A stretch of 64,000 bases of DNA from Squalus acanthias (lineage: Eukaryota), in contig CM059425.1 in assembly GCA_030390025.1 (NCBI GenBank), positions 172,112,001 to 172,176,000 of the forward strand. The letters are read 5' to 3'. A program made the position numbers and the translations under genes. Under the pieces are notes generated by a model. That model saw only the letters and a program-made list of their open reading frames with translations, had not been told where the DNA came from and did not search any database. This document shows positions 52,081-64,000 of this stretch, piece by piece. Position 1 is the first letter of the stretch; the number at the start of each line of letters is the position of its first letter.

Positions 52081-52385
52081 TAAGAGCCTGTTAACTGCCT
52101 TGATGATAATCCTATTTTGATAGTGGTTTCCCATTTTCATGCCTCTGGCTCATGTCTCCCATCTTGTCAGAAACGGTCCAGCTGCAAGGAGATGAGTTGG
52201 TGGAGGATATGATATGTAGTCATTATTGGTGCAGAACAAGTGCTCCTGTAACATGGCTGACATTCAAATGCAACAACTTTGTTGTTGGAGGTTTGCGATA
52301 AGATTTTGCAAATCTACTGACCTCGTGCCTGGTCAAGCTGACACTCATCTGCTGTGTGAACTGATTGGAATAATTTCAGGCCACT

Positions 52386-52688
52386 TTGTGTGTGCGCGCT
52401 TGCAAGCTTCTTGCCTCAACTGAAATCTATAACAACGGGATGGGAACCATTTACATCCTCTCATCCTGGTCGTCTGATTCGGAGGAAGAGCAGCGCGGCT
52501 TAGTGCTGCCGGATGAACAAGTGGCTCAGCACACAGCCTCCTTGCAGGAAGAGGACGAGGAGGAGGAGGATGAGCAGGAGGACGGGGAGTGCCGCCTTGC
52601 GGATCTGGATGTGGCCAATTCAGCAGCAGGCGACTACATTGATGGCCGTCAGGCAAGGGATGCACTCATCCATGCCAGATTTGTGTAA
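52386..52688 (+). pseudogene. Harbinger (HARBI1-like) transposase C-terminal fragment
   Basis: Acidic tract followed by GRQARDALIHARF*, resembling Harbinger transposase C-termini; located inside the TIRs. Confidence 0.55.
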
Positions 52689-52869
52689 GCTAACGCTTCA
52701 GCCACAAGTGACTGGCACATGAAGATGACTAAGTCTGACATTCTCAAACCCCAGGCATCATCTGTCCAATAAATGGTGGTTTGCGCTCAGTGTCACCACC
52801 ATCATTCTACATGGAAATCGCCCTGAGCCCTCACTCTTGAACTTCCATTTGCCAGAACACAGAGGCCAC

Positions 52870-53111
52870 ACTTTAGGTGATCTCAGCAGATCATTAAACC
52901 TTTTCCCACACTAAACCCATGTGCGTCTGCACACCGACATCGAGCTCACCTCCTCAGCAATTTGCAGCCAAGTTGCCTTGGTTTGCTGAGGCGGCCTCCT
53001 CCTTCTGTTTCCAGGGAAGAGGAGCTCCTGACGTCTTCTAACTCCCTCAACAAGAGCATGGAGAGAGCCCTAATTGAACCTGGGTGCAGCCTCAGTTTTT
53101 GGGGTTGCCAT
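52870..53111 (-). pseudogene. Myb/SANT-like DNA-binding protein remnant (Harbinger accessory ORF)
   Basis: Manual translation MATPKTEAAPRFN*GSLHALVEGVRRRQELLFPGNRRRRPPQQTKATWLQIAEEVSSMSVCRRTWV*CGKRFNDL, the RF..LV..V..LF..W..IA..V..R...KRFNDL trihelix pattern, with two stops. Confidence 0.8.
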
Positions 53112-55394
53112 TCCTGCAGCTCCCAGCACCTTTAAGAGAAAAAAGCATTAATATTACTAAGCAAATGATTGGAACAAATCTGGCATATTTTTCAATTCAT
53201 AGTCAGATAATAAAGTCATATATCAAAAAATCAAGAATCTCTTCTGGAATAATATGACCAGCAATATCATTCATTAAATTTTGCTCAGAACAGACGCTGT
53301 CAACTCCCCTTTCTATATAATAAAGCACCAAGCCATCCGAATGACATTTTTTGTAAAGGGGACATGGCCCCGTTAAATTTTCAAACAAACAACGCGTCAT
53401 CAGACGTGAGAAACTGACATCCTCCAAGCAATTGCCTGGAGGGACCCGCATGTCTGCCGTAACGAGGCCAATGAAGCAAAAATCAGAACTGCGGGCCGGC
53501 GGCATCCAGGTGCGGGTCCGAAAGCTGCCGAGCAGCGGGCCCACCCTCAACTCGCCTCTGTTATTAAAATCGAGGCCAATGTGTCTTTCTTCACGGAAGA
53601 AGACGCAAAAACCTCCCGGAAATAGTGGAGAACCAAGGCTCTAGCGAGAATGAGGAACTGAAAGAAATTGCTAATAGTAAAAAAAAAAAAAGTACTGGAG
53701 AAATTAATGGGACTGAAAGCCGATAAATCCCCTGGACCTGATGGCCTGCATCCTAGGGTTTTGAAAGAGGTGGCTGTAGAGATAGTGGCTGCATTGGTTG
53801 TCATTTTCCAAAATTCCATAGATTCTAGAATGGTTCCCGCGGATTGGAAGGTAGCAAATGTAACCCCACTATTTAAGGAAGGAGGGAGAGAGAAAACGGG
53901 GAACTATAGACCAGTTAGCCTGACATCAGTAGTAGGGAAAATGCTAGAATCTATTAGTAAGGACGTGGTAATAGGGCACTTAGAAAATAATAATAGGATT
54001 GGGCAGAGTCAACACTGATTTATGAAAGGGAAATTGTGTTTGACAGATCTGTTAGAATTTTTTGAGGTTGCAACTTGCAGAATAGATAAGGGGGAACCAG
54101 TGGATATGGTGAATTTGGATTTTCAGAAGGCATTCAATAAGGTGCCACACAAGAGGTTATTAAACAAAATTAGGGCTCATGGGTAATATACTAGCATGGA
54201 TTGAGAATTGGTTAACGGACAGAGTTGGAGTAAAAGGGTCATGTTCGGGTTGGCAGGCTGTAACTACTGGGGTACCGCAAGGATCAGTGCTTGGGCCTCA
54301 GCTATTCACAACCTACGTCAATGATTTGGATGAGGGGACCAAATGTAATATAGCCAAGTTTGCTGCTGATACAAAGCTGGGTGGGAATGTAAGTTGTGAG
54401 GAGGATGCAAGGAGGCTTCAAGGGGATATAGATAGGCTAAGTGAGTGGGCAAGAACATGGCAAATGGAATATAATGTGGAGAAATGTGAAGTTATCCACT
54501 TTGGTAGGAAAAATAGAAAAGAAGAGCATTTTTTTAAATGGTGAGAGATTGGGAAATGTTGGTGTTCAGAGGGACCTGGGTGTCCTTGTACACGAATCAC
54601 TGAAAGTTAACATGCAAGCACAGCAAGCAATTAGGAAAGCAAATGGTATGTTAACCTTTATTACAAGAGGATTTGAGTATAAGAGTAAAGACGTCTTGCT
54701 GCAATTATACAGGGCCCTGGTGAGACCACACCTGGAGTATTGTGTACAGTTTTGGTCTCCTTACATAAGGAAGGATATACTTACCATAGAAGGAGGGCAA
54801 CGAAGGTTCACCAGACTTATTCCTGGGATGGGGGGATTGTCCTATGAGGAGAGATTGAGTCGACTCGGCCTATATTCTCTGGAGTTTAGAAGAATGAAAA
54901 GTGATCTCATTGAAATATACAAAATTCTTACAGGGTTTGACAGGGTAGATGCAGGGAGGATGTTTCCCCTGACTGGGGAGTCTAGACCCAGCGGTCACAG
55001 TCTCAGAGTAAGGGGTTGGCCATTTAGGACTGAGATGAGGAGAAATTTCTTCACTGAGGGTGGTGAATCTTTGGAAATCTCTACCCCAGAGTGCTGTGGA
55101 GGCTCAGTCGTTGAGTATATTCAAGACAGAGATCGATAGATTTTTGAATATTAAGAGATTTGGGGATAGTGCAGGCACGTGGAGATGAGGTAGAAGATCA
55201 GCCATGATATTAATGGCGGAGCAGGCTCGAAGGGCGAAATGGCCTACTCCTGCTCCTATTTCTTAGGTTAAATACATGTTTAACAACATGACAGTGGCTG
55301 CAGAAGTGCAAGACAAGTATGAAATTGTAAAGCCCCAGGCAAAACCACAGATTAGGAGGAATTTTATACTTTTGCTAAACAGTGGATATTTGGA

Positions 55395-55620
55395 ATTAAA
55401 ACATAAAATGCTGGAAATGCTTAGCAGGTCAAACAGCAACTGTGGAGAGAGAAAAACGTTTCAGGTCTATGATCATCAGTTCTGATGAAGGTCATCGACC
55501 TGAAACGTTAACTTTGTTTTTCCTCTCTCCACAGATGCTGCTTGACCTGCTGAGTATTTCCAACATTTTCTGTTTTTGTTTCAGATTTCCAGTATCTGCA
55601 GTATTTTGCTTTTGGATTCA
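55395..55620. mobile_element. Short fold-back PLE-like element (family 2), opposite polarity
   Basis: Imperfect 12-bp TSD tggatatttgga/tggatattttga (55383-55394, 55621-55632); inverted arms with the right arm longer. Confidence 0.8.
55478..55513 (+). ncRNA. Minimal hammerhead ribozyme motif
   Basis: agtt CTGATGA AGGTC atc GACCT GAAA CG TT aact. Confidence 0.82.
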
Positions 55621-58600
55621 TGGATATTTTGAGTTGGTTGATTTAAAAAAAAAAATCAAAAAAAAAATTCTGGATGAATAATTTTTGTAAGAATGGATCG
55701 GAAGATTATAAAGTTAGATACAAGTAAACGCTGTATGGAATTTTATGCTGATAGACTGTTGAAATGATGAACAAGTCATGTGTGAATTATAAATATTTTG
55801 AGACTGCTGCCGACAAACCCTGAAAGGCGAGGAGTTCCACGGAGCTTTGTTCTTTGAAATTTACATGGAGAGGCAACCAACTACAGGAGTAGGGTCAGCA
55901 TCTTTTGCCAAGTGGCCAATAGCAGGGCAATGGGTGAGTGATAGGTAATGTAACAGTAAATTTAGCATCTTCTTTTACCCAGATTTAAGTCAGGTCATTA
56001 ATAAAGGAACTTTGAATGAAAATATGTTTCAGATATAAGGCGTCATGGAACTACTTTAACCAAGTATTTACAAGCAATTTTTGTCTCTATTAAGTAATTT
56101 TTAACAGGAAGGTGTCCATAAGTAACAACTACAACTACTAATTTGATTGATGGTTAAAACCTTTCCTCAGGAAGAGAGAGTTGAAGTCTTGGGTTTGATT
56201 TTTTTATTACTAGCTTGCAAAGAAAGACTGATGTATTTTTGCTTTTATTTGCTTATTTGCTCCAAGATTTGCATCTGACGACTGTAATCTAAGTCAGGGA
56301 AAGCAGCATGCAAAGGTGTCTCTCCCCAACCACCATAATAGAACAAAAAATAAATTAAATTAAAATGTCGGAGTCCTGATGCAGTTTTGTTCAACTTTTT
56401 AGAATTTTTTAATTCAAAAACACGAAGTAAAAACACGTGCTCCTTCACCCTTTGAATAAAATTCATTGGAAGTCTTCTGTACTGCATCAGATGTTGCATA
56501 TGCTGCAACTCAAATTTAACCCAGCTGAGATTTTGAGGGATTTTTTTTGTTTATTTCCTACAATAATTTTCTTGGGTCCTTCCAAGCAGTACACTGTATA
56601 CTATTTCCCAGAATGTGCATAACAAACTGCAGTACATTCCAATCTGCAAAATTCTCTGTTGCACCCAGGCCCTTGACAATTTTGAAGACGCCACTCTGGG
56701 AGAGCAGTTCTTAGAGAAAGTTAAGTATGCATATTAACCTATCTGCAAATAACACCTGCAGAATCAGGCAACAATGTGATTGAGAGGTTGGCTGCAGAAT
56801 TGAGTGTAGTGGAGCCTGGCTGCAGATGTGAGCAATAAGTTGCCCCTACAAATTACACGTGTGTGACTGTTTACATGGGCAAACTTCTTTCCATCAAAGG
56901 TAAGTACTTGGAATCATTGAGTTTGTTTGTTTGTAGTCTGTAAAACTAGACTACATGCTCGGAATTTTTTTTGCTTTATTCATGGGATTTGGGTGTCGCT
57001 GGCAAGACCAGCATTTATTGCCTATCCCTAATTGCCCCCGAGAAGGTGGTGGTGAGCCGCCACCTGGTGAAGTTACTCGGAGTGCTGTTAGGGACGGTGT
57101 TCCAGGATTTTGACCCAACGATGATGAAGGAACTGCAATATATTTCCAAGTCGGGATGGTGTGTGACTTGGAGGAGAACTTGCAGGGTTTCCTGCCCGGT
57201 CTAATCTTAAAGAAATGGAGTATCAGACCGAAGAACAGACAGGTGGCAGGACTACACAGCAGATTGTGTTGAATGGTGAGTCAACAGCGAGCCAAGTTGC
57301 ACATATTTTATGGTAACGTGCTTGATGGGTTAAATAGCTTTTTTTACGTTCAGTACTTTTGAGCATCGTGGTTTTTCTTGTCAAATTACCTGCTGCTCAA
57401 TGCTTATTGAGGATAGTGTTTGAAGGCCTCAAGGTGAGTAATATGACCTACCTGCCCTAATTTCTCCTGATGTGGCTCGGTGTGAAATGTTTTTGTTTTT
57501 TATTACTCCTGTGAAGCGCCTTGGGACCTGTTACTACGTTAAAGGCGCTATATAAATACAAGATGTTGTTGTTGTGACTGTCTGCATATACGGCATTAAC
57601 CAAATTCATAAATTCATGCAGTACAGCAAAAAGCGTCCCTGAGTAAAAACTATGCAAATAAATCTTGCATGTGAATTGTGGTTTATCAAATGTGACATGA
57701 ATGCATTAGTTGCTAAAAACATTCCAAGTTGTGGCTTGTGTATGAATAACTTCTTCCCTTTTCATCACAACCCCAAACTTGTAGAAATATTTTCTGGTAT
57801 TTGACTTGTTTAAGGCTGTAGGAAGTAAAATTAGTGACGAGGGACATTCTGCCCTCATGAGTATAAGCCTTCGAGTTTGTTGAAGTTAATACATGAATTT
57901 TTAACTTCACTTACTTTTTGAAATGATTCCAGAAAAATATTTAAGGCTGATGCGTCATTACAAAATAAACTGTTCCTAACTTTCTCTGGCTTAAAAACAT
58001 ACCAGTTGCAAACAGTACAGTGTCCTATAGGAACTGTTTTTTCCCCCCCAGCATGTGTGTGCCATACAAGATGAAATTTGAGTCTGTTACTTGCTTTAAT
58101 AAATGCTTATTTCATTTACATAGAGATATGAGGTTCTGATCATCCATGTTGCTGTAGAAATAAATATGAAATTCTTTGATCAGTGGAGCAAGCAAGCAAA
58201 CCCCATATTAAATTTTGAGCATGTAGTCCAGTTTTCTCCGCTACAAACAATCTCCAAAGTGCTAAGTACTTAACATGTAAAAGGTAAAAGTTTTGCTCAG
58301 GTAAAATTCCACACATGCAAAATTTGTATAGGCAACTTCCTGCTCAAATCACCCGTAATAGGCCCGTTCACTCTGAACACAAGTTAGCTGGTGCAGCAAG
58401 TGAAAAAAGTCTCACTGGTGCAATTGGGATGCTCTTACGAAGTTGCTGCATAGTGAACGAGATTTTACTTTGCATCTATTCCATACTGCATAAAGTGTTT
58501 GATATGCACAGTGATGCATGGAAAATATTTTATTGCACATTATTGTCATCTCTTCTGGACAGCAAAATTCACACTTCATTTTGCGGCGTATTTCTCAATA

Positions 58601-58960
58601 CCTAAAACAAAAAGTGAGTGTAATTTGTCATTTCTGAAAAAGGATATGGAAATGGCATTTAACCTGCAATATACTACAAAGAAAAACATACCTGCTGGAA
58701 TTTAAAAATCTCAGCCATTATTTCTGGTAGAGAAGCTACTGTTTGCAACTTCAACTTAAGCTACAATTAAAATGTTTTTGAACAAATTAGAATATACCAC
58801 ATTGTTGCTGGATTCTACAGCTTGTTGCACTATGTACTTGTTGAATTGATTGAGGATGAGTAGCCACAAATGAAGATTTGAAAAATTGTCAGGCTTATTT
58901 TATTGGAAAAAAGGTTGAGTTTCTGAAATTTGTACTCATGTGTTTTTTGTCCTCCAACAG

Positions 58961-59144
58961 GCAAAGAGACTGAAAAAGCCAAAGATAGATTTGACAAGGC
59001 CACCATGAAACTCCATAATCTGCACAACCAGTATGTGTTGGCGGTGAAGGGGGCCCAGCTACACCAGGAACAGTATTATGATAAAGCTCTTCCTCTGCTG
59101 CTAGATTCTCTGCAGAAGATGCAAGAGGAAATGATTCTTGCATT
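58961..59144 (+). CDS. fer: FER coding exon 4 (F-BAR)
   Basis: cctccaacag|GC AAA GAG; (G)[60 protein letters not shown](L); TT|gtaaga; 184 nt, phase 1/2, consistent with the previous exon. Confidence 0.96.
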
Positions 59145-59652
59145 GTAAGAAATATTCTAGATAATTCATTTGTCATTTTTGTAAAAGACTGTATTAATCT
59201 AAGTTTTTGAATAATGTACTACTTTGGTGGTCTAAATGGTCAAATAATGTACATATTTTAACATAGTAATTTAACTGGTCTCTTAGCTAAAGGCTGTTTG
59301 TGCACTTTCATTGGCCCTCATTGAGAATTGTCACCACACTTGCAACTGGCAAAAAAAATATGTTCCTCCCCTGCGCACCCCCCCCCCCCCCCCGCCCTAA
59401 AAATTCAGTTTTAAACATCCATAGAAATTGACAATTCTAAGACTGCATGGAGGCATTGATTTATTTTACAATTGATTAAGTTACGTTCAGGCAGCTGGAT
59501 ATAGAAGGTGGGGAGGTGTGAGGATGAAGAGGAAGCTTGATGGGTACCTTCATTCCACTAGTACAATTCCAGTATGAAAACCTGGAGAAGTCCATTGGCA
59601 TTTATTCTTGCCACTTCTGGCAAAAACAGTAGGACAGCTGAGTTAGAACAAT

Positions 59653-60595
59653 GGCCTGGAATTTCCTGAAAACTAGTAATGGCGTGTATGCGGTGTACAC
59701 CATTATTGCAGCGCAGAAGGTCCTGTAAATTATGACATTAGTGATTTACGCTTGGTTTTTAAACCACACCAATATTTCCTGGGTCATTTGCGCAACTCCG
59801 CAGAGATCCTTGCCAAAACAGGTAAAAGCTAAATACAATAGCTCCGCCCCCATTTAACACGGTAGCGATGGCAAACTTCCTTCATTCGCGCTAGTTCTCT
59901 CGCCACTTGCAGCACGCTGATTAATGTGTACCTCAGTCATCAAGACTGAAACAGATACGTCTGGAACAGGCTGATTTGATTGGAAAATGGAAGGGACCGT
60001 GGTCCTGCTGCCGACTTACTGTTATGAAACGAGTTTGACTGCTGAAAACTTGGAAAAGTGCAGGAGTGTGAAGAAGGTAAAAAATCCAATTGGAATATCC
60101 ACTCTCATGATTTGGATCAATTAAAATGGAGATGAGTGCCATATTTGTGGTTCTTGGCTTGGGGTTAGTTTTGCTTGACCATCGTGCAGAAGGTGGTTGT
60201 GTGGATCTGGAAACTTTCTATAAGGGAAAAGACCTCCTGATATCGCACCACTGGCTGGCAGGTCGATCACGGAACCTGTTACTGTGACCAGGCTTGTAGA
60301 CATATGCTGGATTATTGCCATAATTATCACTCATCTGCCCAGGTAATCGAGCTTTTTTGTTTCTTACCTTTCTTATTTTTTATATTTGATTATCTGTAAT
60401 TAGATCACTTGTTGATTGTAATATTGCTGCATTGTCTTGTTTAGGGTGGAAGAGAAACACCCAAAGCGGGATAACCAGCTTGTTATCAGCGGCAGTCGAA
60501 ATATTCAGGAGCCTTTCATAAATATGGTTGGCGTACCGCTCGTTTGTGAGGCTGTGGTGATTAACACTGAGCAGTTTTTAGGAAAATCTTCCAAA
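59653..60595. mobile_element. Putative old TIR element (Harbinger-like)
   Basis: ggcctggaatttcctgaaaact ... agtttttaggaaaatcttcc imperfect inverted termini. Confidence 0.4.
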
Positions 60596-62319
60596 TAGTG
60601 ACAGAGGTGGGCAGTAACTGTCTTGGGTAATATTTAGCTTTACCTAATGGATTACACAAACCCAAGGCCTGTATATATTATTATGGGCAAAGGTGTGTAA
60701 AATGTTACCAGAGGCTGGGAGTGAGAGCGGCTGTTTGGTGAGTCAAAAACCATCTTTCCTCCGTATAAAGAAAATCCGACAGAAAACACCTGGTGAATTT
60801 CACACGGCTGAATCCTCAGTTATTTCCCTCGAATGGAAGCCTTGGATCAGAGGAAAGGAACAAATTATTGGCTGTGCTGCTTCTGTTTCGCCACTATCCT
60901 CGCTGTGGCATATTCAGATCAGTTTTCGATTTAAATTTTGACACAAATTCACTACTGGAGGATAGGTGCGCACAACGGTTGAACGAATGGCCTTCAATAT
61001 TGTTGTTGCAGGAAATTCCTGCCCATAGTATAAAGTTATTGACATTATTTGATCAGCATAAATCTTACTTTAAAACATGCGGAATTGCAAAAATATTTTC
61101 AAGTAATATGCAAATTGCTACCATGTTACAATGTTCCCTTTATCGTTTGATATATCAGTCTGTTTCATTTTGCTGATTGCTGATCATGTGTTTGCAGTCT
61201 CTCAACATTTTGCATATTGTAGGATTCATGTGTATTTGGGTCCACAATACTAACTTTTTTCTATTTATAGTGGGACTGGTAACTTTGTGTCTCATGATCT
61301 GTGAGCTAAGTTTACGCTTGCAGAGATACTTTTTTTAAAAAAAGGTCTCATCTGCTACAGCTTCACGATACAAGGCACACTTTGTATAAGAATGCATATC
61401 CAGCTTCAGAGCACTAAAAACCAGAACACTTCTCAAAGTGTCAAATAATCCAGCATGGTACAGGACTTCATGTACATCTTCTATACTATTTAAAAAAAGA
61501 TGTCTGGTTCCAGTGCAAATTGGAAGAAACCCACAATGTTTTTTGCTAAGTGTGTGATTTCCATATTTTTGGACTCTGACCCAGTTGGAGGCTTGAGGAG
61601 CAATTGGGCATGTGGAATTAACAAAATATAAAAATGCTCTGTTTCCTCAGTGGCTTTCCTGTTTGGTTCCTTTACAAGGACAACTCAAAGAAACATGAAC
61701 AAAAGTACAAAACATTGACAGTGGATACCTGATAAAGTTGCTGCAAGGATTATATAGATTTCTCTCTCTTATACTTCCACTCGCCAGAGATAAATATACT
61801 CCACGATGTGTACTCCATTTTTTCTCACTGATCCTTGTTCCTTTCACATATATTCAGCTCTTCCTTGTGCAGCAGCCAGTGTAGTTGGGTGGAAAACTAC
61901 TGTCAAATAGTGGGAGTGGTCAGGGAAGCAGTGACTGTTAGTTTAGTTTACAGCAGTAATAAAACAGTCAAGTTCGCATCTGATTCGATCCATTGTTTGG
62001 AATAGTTTCTTGAAAACCATTAAGTAAACTTTCTCGGCAGATGTGTAAATGCCCTAAATTGACAACCATCTTGGTCAGTTTGGAAGAAAACTACGCAGTT
62101 GAGCCATTTCTCATTAAAACATTTGGAAATCTGGTGACATCAGAACCTTCAAATTCATACTGCACTGTCAGAAGTGCAATGGGGTGGGATTTCTCCCTGT
62201 CGACTCGCCTGGGTCAGCAAATTTTAATTTCAGGTGGGTGCCTGTGCTGTTGCAGCACCCGTCCTCGGGAGGTTGGGGGGAGCAATGCTGCTCTGTCACC
62301 TTGCCACTGGATATGGTGC

Positions 62320-62800
62320 TAGCTGCCACCTTTGATAAACTTCAGCCCATCCTAAACTCTGCTGTCCATATCCTGTCCTGCTCACCCATCACCCGTCTTC
62401 ACTGACCTACAGGGTCCCATAAATACCTCAAATTTAAAATACTCATCTTTGTGTTTAAATCTCTTCATTGTCTTGCCCCTCACTATCTCAGCAACCTCCT
62501 CCAGCCCTGCAACCATACCCCTCTTCTAAACTCTCCGTTCCTCTGACGATGGCCTCTTGTGCATTCTCTTGTCCCACCATTGATGGCCTAGCCTTCAGCT
62601 GGCGAGGCCCCACTCTCTGGAATTTCCTTTTAAAAGTCTCCACCTCCCTCTCCTCCTTGTAAGATACTTAAAATCCATCTCTTCAACCAAACGTTTGTTC
62701 CTAATAGCTCTTCCTTTGATTCGGCATCCATTTTTAAAATTCAGCCTCTGAAACGCTTTGGGATGTTTACATTTAAAGGCGCTATATAAATGCAAGACGT
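62320..62800 (+). mobile_element. L2 3' fragment
   Basis: ctcacccatcaccc...ctcaaatttaaaat...gcgctatataaatgcaag tail. Confidence 0.8.
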
Positions 62801-64000
62801 TAACTTCTTTCAGCCAGATACTAAGTGAAAGAAAGGGAAAATTGAATCAGCTTAATGTGCTTCCTTGTGACTAATGAGTAGGTATTGGTAGAAGCCTGCG
62901 ATCAAATCGCCTATCCAGCCCCTCAATCATAGAGATGTATAGCGCAGACATAGCTTAAAGTGGAAGATTTCCAAATTATTTTATCAACAAGTTTTCATGT
63001 AGCTACAAGCATCAGGGGGTCATACTCGAATATTTTGAATTTGATGAAATTAAAAGTAGTTGGCAATTGCCAAAATATTCGGAGGAAGCTGATGCAGTGA
63101 CTGATCTGTCCCCTTCTTCAATATACGTAGTATATAAAGTGTGAAGAAACATTGATATTTTTACGCACACTATTCCAGAATACAGAAAACTGTTCTGCAG
63201 TATCCATACAGTAGGCAGGAACTCAGTGATATCCACATTCAAATTGGCCATGTTCAGATCCATTTGCTTGGACATGAATGAAACAAATTGAGTTAGAATC
63301 TCTGTCTGAATTTCTTAAAGATGCTAACGGTAATTTTATATCCAAAGTTGAGGAAAGATTTCTTTAAAATCAAAAAAAATGAACTCTGAAGTCGGCCGCC
63401 TTTTAATTAAAAAATCTAAGTGTTCATTTAGCCTACGTAAATTTAATCTTCATTCCTACATTGCTACCATGACTTCAGCTTCAGAATGGTTCCTTATGAA
63501 ATTACCCACAGAAGTTTCACTATTGATGTATAATTGGGATTTTTAAAATACGATCTTTTATTGCTGATGGGTGTGCAGAAATTCTCTAATGCAACTGAGA
63601 TGCATTTTTAGCAGTATCAATTTACAGAATTAGCAAGCTTTTTTCAGTGTCTTGTAGTGACTTTTGGATTATATCTCTTCAATTTCAAAATGTTCATGTA
63701 ATATAAGCCTGTCATTAATTTAAGTGTTTTGCATAGAACTTTTGCCACCTTGTACATTTTTTCACTTCTTCGGATATGGAACATTCTGCATATCTGCTTT
63801 GTGGTTTAGGTTTCCTAATACAGAAGTCGTTTTTATTTAAATTGGATGCATTTTCTTTTTAACTTTGCATAATAAGCAAATTAGATTTTCAATAAATAGG
63901 ATGGTTAATGTGTGTGTTCATTTAGAACTGTAGATCTTTCACTTGCTAATTTAATGTGTTTCACACCTGGGGAATAGAGTAGTTATTGTTGACTAATAGG

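Larger units (their letters stand above)
50835..53577. mobile_element. PIF/Harbinger DNA transposon remnant
   Basis: TIRs gggctctattttaata / (rc) ggcctcgattttaata, 14/16 identical; 3-bp flanks tat/aat; internal transposase C-terminus and Myb/SANT remnants; CR1 rejoins across it. Confidence 0.82.
48640..55265 (+). mobile_element. Near full-length CR1 LINE split by a Harbinger element (48640-50834 + 53578-55265)
   Basis: ORF1 (PLSNRYEVL, VVVGD, VVVHIGTND, IISGLLP), APE (YRPPN, DFN, SDHN), RT (KSPGPDG, GVPQGS), CR1 3' end. Confidence 0.93.

Noticed and set aside
59145-64000. Next FER exon (KGIFDEY...)
   Set aside because: No matching translation with splice sites was found by eye; it probably lies beyond the window.

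Overview
Eukaryotic vertebrate genomic DNA, most likely a cartilaginous fish (inferred from the shark-type CR1/L2 LINEs, the DeuSINE/SacSINE1-like SINEs and the divergence of the host gene). The host gene is the FER non-receptor tyrosine kinase (+ strand). Four coding exons of its N-terminal F-BAR domain lie at 37770-37979, 38309-38482, 47223-47322 and 58961-59144; the rest of the gene is beyond the window. Everything else is intron or upstream DNA packed with nested transposons: CR1, L2, a second CR1-group LINE family, tRNA-derived SINEs, Tigger- and hAT-type MITEs, and a Harbinger remnant. The most notable signal is a Penelope-like (PLE) retroelement system. It comprises one near-complete Neptune-type PLE (RT + GIY-YIG, inverted pseudo-LTR, 13-bp TSD) and five short non-autonomous derivatives in two families, four of them fold-back palindromes. 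All carry minimal hammerhead-ribozyme motifs with covarying stems. All three family-1 insertions sit in CR1 ORF2 at an ATAGA-containing site, two of them at the same position of different CR1 copies, which suggests a PLE that targets another retrotransposon. Coordinates were counted by eye; edges of decayed repeats are approximate.
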